Of a stretch of DNA of 32,000 nt, positions 1-8,126 are shown in pieces. A program made the position numbers and the translations under genes. Origin of the DNA: Promethearchaeota archaeon (GTDB taxonomy: Archaea > Asgardarchaeota > Lokiarchaeia > Sigyniarchaeales > SOKP01); NCBI GenBank assembly GCA_030606485.1, contig JAUWGH010000002.1, positions 30,001-62,000 on the forward strand, given 5' to 3'. Positions within the stretch are counted from its first letter, which is position 1; each line of letters opens with the position of its first letter. The notes under the pieces were generated by a model, which searched no databases, was not told the origin of the DNA, and saw only the letters and a list, made by a program, of their open reading frames with translations.

Positions 1-1
1 G

Positions 2-190
2 CAAACAGGTTGGAAAATGAATAAGGGTATTTTACGGTATTCGAAAGTTATTATTTCCAAAATTCCTAAAGAACCTGAACCTGAACAAGATATAGATAAA
101 AAAGAGAAAGAGGAGAAAAAAGAACAAAATCTGGTTAGTCAAAATGAGGATAATAATGAAAAAATTAATAGTAATAAAAATACTAACTAA
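2..190 (+). CDS. grpE: Nucleotide exchange factor GrpE, 3' end (partial), with acidic/Asn-rich tail
   Basis: Frame 2 is open from the window edge to TAA 188-190 and reads QTGWKMNKGILRYSKVIISK. This matches the GrpE C-terminal consensus Q-x-G-Y-x-L-N-x-R-V-L-R-x-A-x-V-x-V-S-K. It is not in the ORF track. Confidence 0.7.
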   Translation, partial: QTGWKMNKGILRYSKVIISKIPKEPEPEQDIDKKEKEEKKEQNLVSQNEDNNEKINSNKNTN

Positions 191-229
191 GGTAATATAT
201 TTAATTTAATAATATTTGAGGAATAAAAT

Positions 230-478
230 TTGAGCGATGAGCCACAGTTTCCCCCGATTCCAAGTTTAGGAGATGCATTAATTCGGAAAAAAAAGATGGT
301 AGAGAATAAATACTCCATTATAAAATGTAAATCATGTAAAGTAAAAAATGAAAGATTATTTCAAGAGGGAGATTATGTTTTTAAGAAATTCACTGATGAA
401 ATATGCTCTTCTTGCAAAGTAAAAACTCTCTATATTTGTGAAATATTCTCAGAATGGAAAATACCTAAGAAAGAATGA
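230..478 (+). CDS. Small double-CxxC zinc-ribbon protein
   Basis: TTG start. CKSC and CSSC motifs flank RLFQEGDYVFK; 82 aa. Confidence 0.7.
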   Translation: MSDEPQFPPIPSLGDALIRKKKMVENKYSIIKCKSCKVKNERLFQEGDYVFKKFTDEICSSCKVKTLYICEIFSEWKIPKKE

Positions 479-515
479 ATTTGGAATAAAAATATTTAAA
501 TTAAATTAATTCTTT

Positions 516-917
516 TTATCGCTTTAAATTTGACTTAATAAATTCAACAATTTTTTGTAGCGGAGTTCCTGGACCAAAAAAGCCAGTAAGCCCATTTTCT
601 TGAAGAAATGGGATATCTTTTTTTGGTATTATACCTCCAACGACAACTAAAACATCATCAATATTATTTTCTTTTAATAATTTCATAATCATTGGACAGA
701 GAGTATTATGCGCTCCAGATAAAAGGCTTAGAGCTAAAACATCGGGATCTTCTTGCATTACAGCGTTTACAATGTCTTCTGGCGTTTGATGTAAGCCTGT
801 ATAAATCACTTCCATTCCTGCATCTCGTAACGCACGCGCTACAACTTTTATACCTCTATCATGCCCATCCAGACCAGGTTTTGTAGCAATAATCTTAATT
901 CTTCTGTTTTCACTCAT
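516..917 (-). CDS. Cobalamin-binding small subunit of an acyl-CoA mutase (MCM/ICM family)
   Basis: DxHxxG motif (DGHDRG) plus SLLSGAH and VGGIIP; 133 aa; directly downstream of the large subunit. Confidence 0.95.
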   Translation of the reverse strand: MSENRRIKIIATKPGLDGHDRGIKVVARALRDAGMEVIYTGLHQTPEDIVNAVMQEDPDVLALSLLSGAHNTLCPMIMKLLKENNIDDVLVVVGGIIPKKDIPFLQENGLTGFFGPGTPLQKIVEFIKSNLKR

Positions 918-949
918 TTTTTTATCATTTCTAATAATTTTTTCTCCTA

Positions 950-2620
950 TTATATTATTTGTTGCTCTTTATAGACTCCAAAAACTTCTTTTAGTGCTCC
1001 AATAATTTCTCCAACAGATGTATATTCTTTAACTGCATCTAAAATGTATGGAATCAAATTTTCTGTTCCTTTTGCTGCTTCTTTCAATTTTACTAATAAC
1101 ATATTTACTCTCTCGTTATCTCTGGTTTTCTTGATTTCATTTAACCTATTAATTTGGTGTTCAGAAACAGCTTCTTCAATGTCTAATAAGTCAGGTAATT
1201 CAAATATTTCTGATTGGAATTTATTAACCCCAATAATAAATCTTTTATTAGTATCAATTTCCCTCTGGTATTTATAGGCTGCATTTGCAATTTCTGTCTG
1301 AAAGAAGTTTTTATGGATTGCGGGAATTACACCTCCCAATTTTTCAATCCTTTTAAAATATTCTTCAGCTTGTTGTTCCATTTTATCAGTAAGCCATTCA
1401 ATATAATAAGAGCCAGATAAAGGATCAACCGTATCTGCAACCCCAGATTCATAAGCAATTATTTGCTGAGTTCTTAAAGCAATTTTAGCAGCTTTCTCTG
1501 TAGGTAAACACAGGGCCTCATCAAATGAGTTTGTGTGAAGTGATTGTGTTCCTCCCAAAACTGCAGCTAACCCTTGTAAAGTAACTCTAACTATATTATT
1601 TTCTGGTTCCTGAGCGGTTAAAGAAACTCCTGCAGTCTGAGTATGAAATCTTAATCTAATGGACTCTTTTTTCTTAGCATTGTACTTATCACGCATGTGT
1701 TTTGCCCATATCCGACGTGCTGCTCTATATTTACAAACCTCCTCAAAAAAGTTATTATGACTATTAAAGAAAAAAGATAATCTCGGGGCAAAGTCGTCTA
1801 TATTTAACCCCCTTTCTATTGCTGCTTCTACATATGCAAATCCATCTGCAAGGGTAAATGCTAATTCCTGAACTGCTGTAGAACCAGCTTCTCTAATATG
1901 ATACCCACTAATACTTATAGTATACCATTGTGGCACATATTTTGTGCAATATTCGATCGTATCGATAATAAGTCTCATTGATGGTTCTGGAGGAAAAATC
2001 CACGATTTTTGTGCAATATATTCCTTTAAAATATCATTTTGAATTGTTCCTCTTAATTTCTCGGGAGGGATACCCTGCTTCTCTGCAACAGCAATATACA
2101 TAGAAAGTAAAATTGATGCTGGGGCATTTATAGTCATTGATGTAGATATCTTTGATAAATCTATACCATCAAAAAGGATTTCCATGTCTTTAAGGGTATC
2201 GATTGCAACACCTTCTTTTCCAACTTCTCCTAATGCCCTCTTATCGCTTGCTTCATACCCATATATCGTATGTAAACTAAACGCTACACTTAAACCCGTT
2301 TGACCATGGCCTATTAAGAATTTATAGCGTTTGTTTGTTTGTTCTGCGGTTCCCATCCCAGCAAATTGACGCATCGTCCAAAATTGACCCCTATACATTG
2401 ATGGATATGCCCCTCTTGTAAAAGGAAATTGCCCAGGGAAGCCCAATTCTTCTATATATTCTCTTCCTTTTAAATCTAAAGGAGTATAAAGTCCTTTTAT
2501 CTCAATATCAGATAAATTTTTAAACTGTGTCTGTCGCATTTCTTTACCTTTAATGGATTTTTCTAATACATTTTCTTCCCATTTCGTTAATTCTTTAAAA
2601 AAATCATCAAGTTCGGTCAA
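950..2620 (-). CDS. B12-dependent acyl-CoA mutase large subunit, isobutyryl-CoA-mutase-like
   Basis: Motifs PGQFPFTRG, WTMRQFAG, QNDILKEYIAQK, SISGYHIREAG, QSLHTNSFDEAL. F86 and Q204 sit at the positions of MCM Y89 and R207. Confidence 0.9.
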   Translation of the reverse strand: MTELDDFFKELTKWEENVLEKSIKGKEMRQTQFKNLSDIEIKGLYTPLDLKGREYIEELGFPGQFPFTRGAYPSMYRGQFWTMRQFAGMGTAEQTNKRYKFLIGHGQTGLSVAFSLHTIYGYEASDKRALGEVGKEGVAIDTLKDMEILFDGIDLSKISTSMTINAPASILLSMYIAVAEKQGIPPEKLRGTIQNDILKEYIAQKSWIFPPEPSMRLIIDTIEYCTKYVPQWYTISISGYHIREAGSTAVQELAFTLADGFAYVEAAIERGLNIDDFAPRLSFFFNSHNNFFEEVCKYRAARRIWAKHMRDKYNAKKKESIRLRFHTQTAGVSLTAQEPENNIVRVTLQGLAAVLGGTQSLHTNSFDEALCLPTEKAAKIALRTQQIIAYESGVADTVDPLSGSYYIEWLTDKMEQQAEEYFKRIEKLGGVIPAIHKNFFQTEIANAAYKYQREIDTNKRFIIGVNKFQSEIFELPDLLDIEEAVSEHQINRLNEIKKTRDNERVNMLLVKLKEAAKGTENLIPYILDAVKEYTSVGEIIGALKEVFGVYKEQQII

Positions 2621-2750
2621 AATAATTAACTCTATATTAATATATTTAAATAAATTATAATCTGACTTATTTAATTATAATTAATTAATTCTTTATAAAA
2701 ATTCTTTACTTTAAATTAATTCTTATTAAATCAAAAATATTTTAACTCCG

Positions 2751-3896
2751 TTAATTTCCACTAATTAAGCGATATGCTTCTGTAATTGCACTACAGGCTC
2801 CACATCTTACGCAACCAGCCTTATTTTTTAATGGATTTACATTAAATTTTTTCATTAATTTAGCTGTGTGTTTAAAAATATTTAATACCATTAGAGGGTT
2901 ACAAATGGGCACTTTAAATTTGGATTGTGGAATCGGTCTAACAGGTGTTATGAATGGAATTACCCCCAATCTTACGATTCTTTCAAGTTTATTCGAGAAT
3001 TCTTCTGTGGATTCTCCAAAACCTATTAAAATGAAAGAATTTACTTGATTTTTTCCAAAAATTTCAAGTGCATGAATCCAATTCTTTTCATATACATCAT
3101 AACTAGTTCTTGATTTACCTGGGCAAATAACTTTTCTAATAGAATCATCAAGTATTTCAATATGAATTCCTATTGTATCAGCTCCAGCTTCTTTCAACAT
3201 ACTTATATACTCAAGATTCTCCACAGCTTCTATTTGGACATGAATAGGAATATCTGGAAACTCTTTTTTACTCTCTTCTAGTATATTTATATATTTTAAT
3301 ACACCTTTATCGATTGATGATGTGGTTCCTGTGGTTAATAGTAAATGTTTGAACCCTTCTCCATTTTTAGCTGCATTTATTACTTCAATTAGTTGTTTTG
3401 AAGTTTTTTCTTCTATAGTATCACCTCTTGCTAAACTTAATTCGATACCACAAAACTGACATTTACTTCCATTTTCCCAATAACAGCATCTCTGATAAAT
3501 AGTTGTAGCTAGACAATCAAGCCCATGTATTAAAGCAATTTTTTCCATGGGAATGTCATCTGTTGTAGTCATATTATAATAATTTGGATAAGTAACTAAT
3601 TTTAAATTAGCGAAAACTGAATTTTTTGATTTATCAGATATTTCAAAATAACCATCCTTCTCATTTTTCAACACAAAATTAGTTTCTTTATTATTATGCC
3701 ATAATGGAACATTTACAATAGTTTTATTATCATCAAATGTAAAATATCGCCCCCCTAAAGGACCCGCTCCTCCTTTTCTTCCTTCTTTAAATGGAATTCC
3801 TCTGGATTTATATGTATCTATAAATCTCTCATCAAGATTTACTCCTTTACAGAGAAGTTCCGTTTTAATCTCTAATATCCTTTTTAATTTCAGCAT
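2751..3896 (-). CDS. Radical SAM protein, MSMEG_0568-like family
   Basis: GRKGGAGP, HGLDCLATT, non-canonical C-x7/8-C-x2-C (CCYWENGSKCQFC), LLTTGT, and C-terminal GCVRCGACS. Confidence 0.7.
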   Translation of the reverse strand: MLKLKRILEIKTELLCKGVNLDERFIDTYKSRGIPFKEGRKGGAGPLGGRYFTFDDNKTIVNVPLWHNNKETNFVLKNEKDGYFEISDKSKNSVFANLKLVTYPNYYNMTTTDDIPMEKIALIHGLDCLATTIYQRCCYWENGSKCQFCGIELSLARGDTIEEKTSKQLIEVINAAKNGEGFKHLLLTTGTTSSIDKGVLKYINILEESKKEFPDIPIHVQIEAVENLEYISMLKEAGADTIGIHIEILDDSIRKVICPGKSRTSYDVYEKNWIHALEIFGKNQVNSFILIGFGESTEEFSNKLERIVRLGVIPFITPVRPIPQSKFKVPICNPLMVLNIFKHTAKLMKKFNVNPLKNKAGCVRCGACSAITEAYRLISGN

Positions 3897-4068
3897 ATTA
3901 TTTTATAAAATTTTTTAAATTAATTTATGAATATTTAAGAGAATCATTCATTTTTTAAGAAATTTTATTGAAATTTAAATCACATTCCTTTAAACCATAA
4001 GATAATAAAGAATATAAGTTATGAAAGGTTTTTAATCTCAATTTGGTAATATTAGAAAGTGATTTTTA

Positions 4069-4722
4069 ATGGCTTCAAAGAGACCATGGCATTGCTATTC
4101 AAAAATTAAAGGACCTGCCTTCCAGCGGAAGAGAAGTAGGTCTCATCGACGAGAATATGCTCGAGGCGGAGCGGATTCAAAACTAAGATTTTTTCAAGGT
4201 GGATTAAATCTTAAAGAGAAGAAAAGAGAAGAATATGATCTTGTTGTTGGACTAAAGGCGGAAAAAAATGTGCAAATTAGTCATTACGCCTTAGAAGCGT
4301 TAAGAATCACAATTAATAGTATGCTTCAGAAAAAAATAGGACGTCAAAATTACCATTTAACAATTCGAGTAAAACCTTTCCAAGTTATCAGAGAAAACAG
4401 ACAACTCAACTTCGCGGGAGCTGACAGGATCCAGAGCGGGATGCGTAATAGCTTCGGAAAATCGATAGGAAAGGCTGCACGGGTAAGGGCGGGGAAGATC
4501 ATATGCGAGGTGTGTTGTAATTTTAAAGATTTACCTTTGGTAAAAGATCGATTAAGAATTGCAAACATCAAGATGCCCTGCAAGTGCCGGACCGTAGTGC
4601 TACATTACGCTGATGATACTATTTTGAAGAGAACGGGATTATCTTTTTACGATGAGAAGAAGAGAAAAATAATTAGTCCATTTGAACTGGAAGAAAGGAC
4701 CTTATTGAAAGTAAAAACCTAA
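4069..4722 (+). CDS. rpl10e: 50S ribosomal protein L10e (uL16)
   Basis: KRPWHCYSKIKGP, ALEALRI, IRVKPFQVIRENRQLNFAGADRIQSGMRNSFGK and IKMPCKCR match the archaeal/eukaryotic uL16 core. Confidence 0.95.
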   Translation: MASKRPWHCYSKIKGPAFQRKRSRSHRREYARGGADSKLRFFQGGLNLKEKKREEYDLVVGLKAEKNVQISHYALEALRITINSMLQKKIGRQNYHLTIRVKPFQVIRENRQLNFAGADRIQSGMRNSFGKSIGKAARVRAGKIICEVCCNFKDLPLVKDRLRIANIKMPCKCRTVVLHYADDTILKRTGLSFYDEKKRKIISPFELEERTLLKVKT

Positions 4723-4830
4723 AAAAGTTATTAACCTTCTTTTTTTAACTTCACATTCCAGACAGAATGATTAGCGAGAAAAATAATTAAAATCCAATAA
4801 ATAAAAAATGATTTTGCAAAATAGCAAAAA

Positions 4831-5757
4831 TTACCTGAAATTAAACAATTTTCTCGTTTTATCAACTGTACTGGAATCAAATTTCTTAAATAAGGCATAA
4901 GCAGCAATTGGCACGACACATCCACAATTGTCACATAAAAGTGGTGAATTTCCCATGACACAAAACTTTTGTTTTCCATCTGGATAGAAACTTTTTACTT
5001 GACCAGTTTTAAATATGCAATGTGGCACAAATTCTTTTGACAGGTATACTTCTAACATTTTTTTGGAATAACAAATAAAATTTCCGTATTCACGCATTAC
5101 TTTTAAAATGTCTTTTATTGTCTTTTTTAATATATTACCTTTTAATAAAAGTGGGCTGTCAGGATAGTCGGTATAGAATAGAAAGATTAATCCAGAAGCA
5201 CCATTATCGTGAGCAATCTTAACAATATCTTCAATTTCCTTATAATTTAATGTCATGATGGTTGATATAACGACTGGATTGTTCTCCCGAATATTTTGTA
5301 TGACTTTATCAAAAACCCTTGCACCTCTTATCTTATCATGAGTTTCCTTGGTACCATCTATACTTACCCAGTATTTCGGTTGTTTATATCCATTAAATCG
5401 AGGTAATTTTATAACTCCATTTGATACAACCTGAACTGAGGGAAAAATTTTAATCGCTTCTTTTATAACATCCATTCTTAAAGTAGGTTCTCCACCGGTT
5501 AAAACAGCTATTTTTGTTCCTAAATTTCTATGGTATTTAAAAACCTTAATCCATTCTTCGTCCGATAATTCCGTTCTTTTATTTTTTAATTCCGTTGTTG
5601 ATGAGAAAAAATAACAATGCTTACATTTTAAGTTACATTGCCAAGTTAAATCATAATTCACATATAACGGAACATTTCTTACTATTGACTGTAAAAATGA
5701 TGGACCCATGGAAACAAAACTTATTATATTTTTCACGGTAAGTAGTCCCATAATCAA
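4831..5757 (-). CDS. Radical SAM protein with C-terminal Cys-rich (SPASM/twitch-like) extension
   Basis: CNLKCKHC (CxxxCxxC), LTGGEPTLR, VSIDGTKETHDKIRG, C-terminal C...C...CDNCGC. The start could be TTG 5757 or ATG 5751. Confidence 0.85.
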   Translation of the reverse strand: MIMGLLTVKNIISFVSMGPSFLQSIVRNVPLYVNYDLTWQCNLKCKHCYFFSSTTELKNKRTELSDEEWIKVFKYHRNLGTKIAVLTGGEPTLRMDVIKEAIKIFPSVQVVSNGVIKLPRFNGYKQPKYWVSIDGTKETHDKIRGARVFDKVIQNIRENNPVVISTIMTLNYKEIEDIVKIAHDNGASGLIFLFYTDYPDSPLLLKGNILKKTIKDILKVMREYGNFICYSKKMLEVYLSKEFVPHCIFKTGQVKSFYPDGKQKFCVMGNSPLLCDNCGCVVPIAAYALFKKFDSSTVDKTRKLFNFR

Positions 5758-5981
5758 TATAAGATTCGTTGTTTTAAAAATAAGTTTTAAAATATAATCA
5801 ATTATTGCTTATTTTTTGTTCCCATAATTTGTTTTGATTTTATTAATTAATTTCTCAGCATGAACTTTCACGTATTGCTTATCTTAAATTTTTCTACTCA
5901 ATCTCATTCTTGAACAAATGTAAGCGATTAATATTTTTAAAAAAAGAAAAATAGTAAATATAAAATAGTGAAATAAAACTA

Positions 5982-6521
5982 TTATTCATTTAATTCAATG
6001 ATTGCATGTCCTGGGGCTGCAACTCTTTCTCTATAAGTTAAAGTTCCCTCGTCAACTTCTTTAGTTTTAACCAGACCTCTAGCAATATCTTTTTCTGAAA
6101 TGTATCCTCTTTCCCCAGCCTCAAATTTTTTTATAACATTTTTATCTTTTTTAATTTCTACAGGTGTTATTGTTGTTTGTTTAATATCTAAAAAAACCCT
6201 TTTATCCTCAATTTTTGTCACAGTTCCTTCTGTAATGAGAGTATCACCACAACGAACCATTCCTCTCATTTCAATCCCAAGTTCGATTATTTTTCCATCT
6301 TCTCCAACAAAGTCCTCCAACATTTTTATTATAAACCCAGAACTAAATAATCCATGAGCAATCACTCCTTTTAATCCAGCTCTTTCCGCAATAGCATCTG
6401 TTGTATGAATCGGATTTGTATCTCCTGAGGCTTTTGCATATCTTCTTAATAATTCTCTGTTTATTTGATCAAACTCAGAGCGAATAACTTGACCAACCTT
6501 TATATCTGAAATTTTTGGCAT
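5982..6521 (-). CDS. MaoC-family (R)-hydratase/dehydratase, HadB-like
   Basis: Intact hydratase-2 motif YAKASGDTNPIH followed by IAHG. Confidence 0.9.
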   Translation of the reverse strand: MPKISDIKVGQVIRSEFDQINRELLRRYAKASGDTNPIHTTDAIAERAGLKGVIAHGLFSSGFIIKMLEDFVGEDGKIIELGIEMRGMVRCGDTLITEGTVTKIEDKRVFLDIKQTTITPVEIKKDKNVIKKFEAGERGYISEKDIARGLVKTKEVDEGTLTYRERVAAPGHAIIELNE

Positions 6522-6523
6522 TT

Positions 6524-7024
6524 TTAATAACCTCCTGCCGCAATTGCTGCGCCAGCTGAAATTTTACATACTAATTCATCATTTTGATTTTTAACAGTTA
6601 CATACAATTCACAAAACAATCTCATTGATTTTTCATGGAGCCATACCTTTCCAAATTTTGCTTTTGCAAAAAGAATATCACCTGGTTTAATTGCTACACA
6701 ATTTTCCCAATTATATTTATTGGAGGTATGAAGTAATTTAGTTGGGACTAAAGCTAAATCTCTCTCTACACCATCTTGTACTAATTTAACGCTCGGAAAG
6801 AGAGTATAAAAAGCTTTAACTGTATAAGAATTAGCAAAAGCATGACATGCGATAATACCTTCTTCCTCAGATCCTATATATTTTTTATCTGTAATTCCAA
6901 TACATTTCGCAAACTCAACCATTTTTCTGTATTTACATCTAATTTTTGCTTCGCCGGGAATTTCTACATTTGGAAGATTTTCAATTAAAAACTTAGCATT
7001 TTTCTTTATTTCTGCTTCATCCAT
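6524..7024 (-). CDS. MaoC/FAS1 dehydratase N-terminal-like hot-dog protein, HadA-like
   Basis: KMVEFAKCIGITDKKY and LLHTSNKYNWENCVAIKPGDIL pattern; no D-x4-H catalytic motif; 2 nt from the MaoC gene. Confidence 0.7.
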   Translation of the reverse strand: MDEAEIKKNAKFLIENLPNVEIPGEAKIRCKYRKMVEFAKCIGITDKKYIGSEEEGIIACHAFANSYTVKAFYTLFPSVKLVQDGVERDLALVPTKLLHTSNKYNWENCVAIKPGDILFAKAKFGKVWLHEKSMRLFCELYVTVKNQNDELVCKISAGAAIAAGGY

Positions 7025-7143
7025 CTTTTATTCACTTAAAAATTGAAATAATCTCTTATTCTAAGTATTTATTTAATTTTAATTTCTTTTGAATTTTAAT
7101 TAATCATTTAATTTAATATTATTTAGTTTGGGTGAATTTATGA

Positions 7144-8013
7144 TTAATCTTTATTGATATCAGCAATTTCGGGTTTTTCTTTAAAAATGTTCATTAAAAT
7201 TACACCGATTATTATAACAAAGGTGGATATTAACTGTAAAGGTGTAATCATAGTACCTTCAATGATTAAAAGCTCTAGAAATACTGGAAGTAAGATATAA
7301 AGAGAATTATATGAAGGTACCAATTTAGATGCCTTTGCTTTTTTAGCAAAACCCCATTGTGTGATTAGGAATGCAAAAAACCCTGATAAAAATGATAATA
7401 AAAAGATAGGATTTAAAAATATATGTAAAGTAAATCCTTCTATCATTCCAAGATGTTTTAGAGTATTATCTATTCCGCCACAAGCCCCAGCAACTAAACC
7501 AAAAATTAGAGAGACAGCTATTGTTGTTTTTGCAGAAATAAATAAAAACACTATAAATATACCCGAAAAAATAATCATAACAATGATAAAATTTACCCAA
7601 TTAATATTGCTTTGATTTAATCCTATATCTTGGTAATAGATTTCTAATTCAAATAATGTATAACCAACAACTATAGTTCCAATTATAATTAAAACTACTC
7701 CAATATATTCAATTTTCTTAATTTTTTCTTTTAATATATATTTTGAAAAAATCATTAATATTATTACACCAATACCAAAAACTGAACTAAAAACAGTTGC
7801 AGTTGAGAATGCATTCCCTAATATTTGGTAAATAAATAGTGTATAGTTTAAAATTATCCCAATAACATAAATTAAAGGTTTTTTCCCTTTCTCTTTTAAT
7901 GATTTATCTCTAGAGAAAATATCAATGCCATATCTTTCCATTCCTTTCGCAAGATGTAGCTGGATCGTATTAAATAATCCAAACAATATTCCCAAGAAAA
8001 TATTTCCAGCCAA
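7144..8013 (-). CDS. DMT-superfamily membrane transporter (EamA/NIPA-like)
   Basis: About 9 hydrophobic segments. LKEKIKKIEYIGVVLIIIG and QLISTFVIIIGVILM are typical DMT repeat ends. Confidence 0.65.
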   Translation of the reverse strand: MAGNIFLGILFGLFNTIQLHLAKGMERYGIDIFSRDKSLKEKGKKPLIYVIGIILNYTLFIYQILGNAFSTATVFSSVFGIGVIILMIFSKYILKEKIKKIEYIGVVLIIIGTIVVGYTLFELEIYYQDIGLNQSNINWVNFIIVMIIFSGIFIVFLFISAKTTIAVSLIFGLVAGACGGIDNTLKHLGMIEGFTLHIFLNPIFLLSFLSGFFAFLITQWGFAKKAKASKLVPSYNSLYILLPVFLELLIIEGTMITPLQLISTFVIIIGVILMNIFKEKPEIADINKD

Positions 8014-8126
8014 GTTTAAATTACCTTAATTTAATTATAATTATAAGGTTAATATTTTATTAATGATTAATTCTACTTAAAAATAAATAAAACTAAATAT
8101 TTGAATTTCTGATTGATTTTAATAAT

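Noticed and set aside
2633-2644. TATATTAATATA palindrome upstream of the mutase
   Set aside because: A/T-only sequence in an extremely AT-rich intergenic region; cannot be distinguished from background or a TATA box.
4350-4583. Antisense ORF inside rpl10e, plus 4731-4979
   Set aside because: The first is a shadow of the GC-rich tract. The second overlaps the radical SAM gene out of frame with no recognisable domain.
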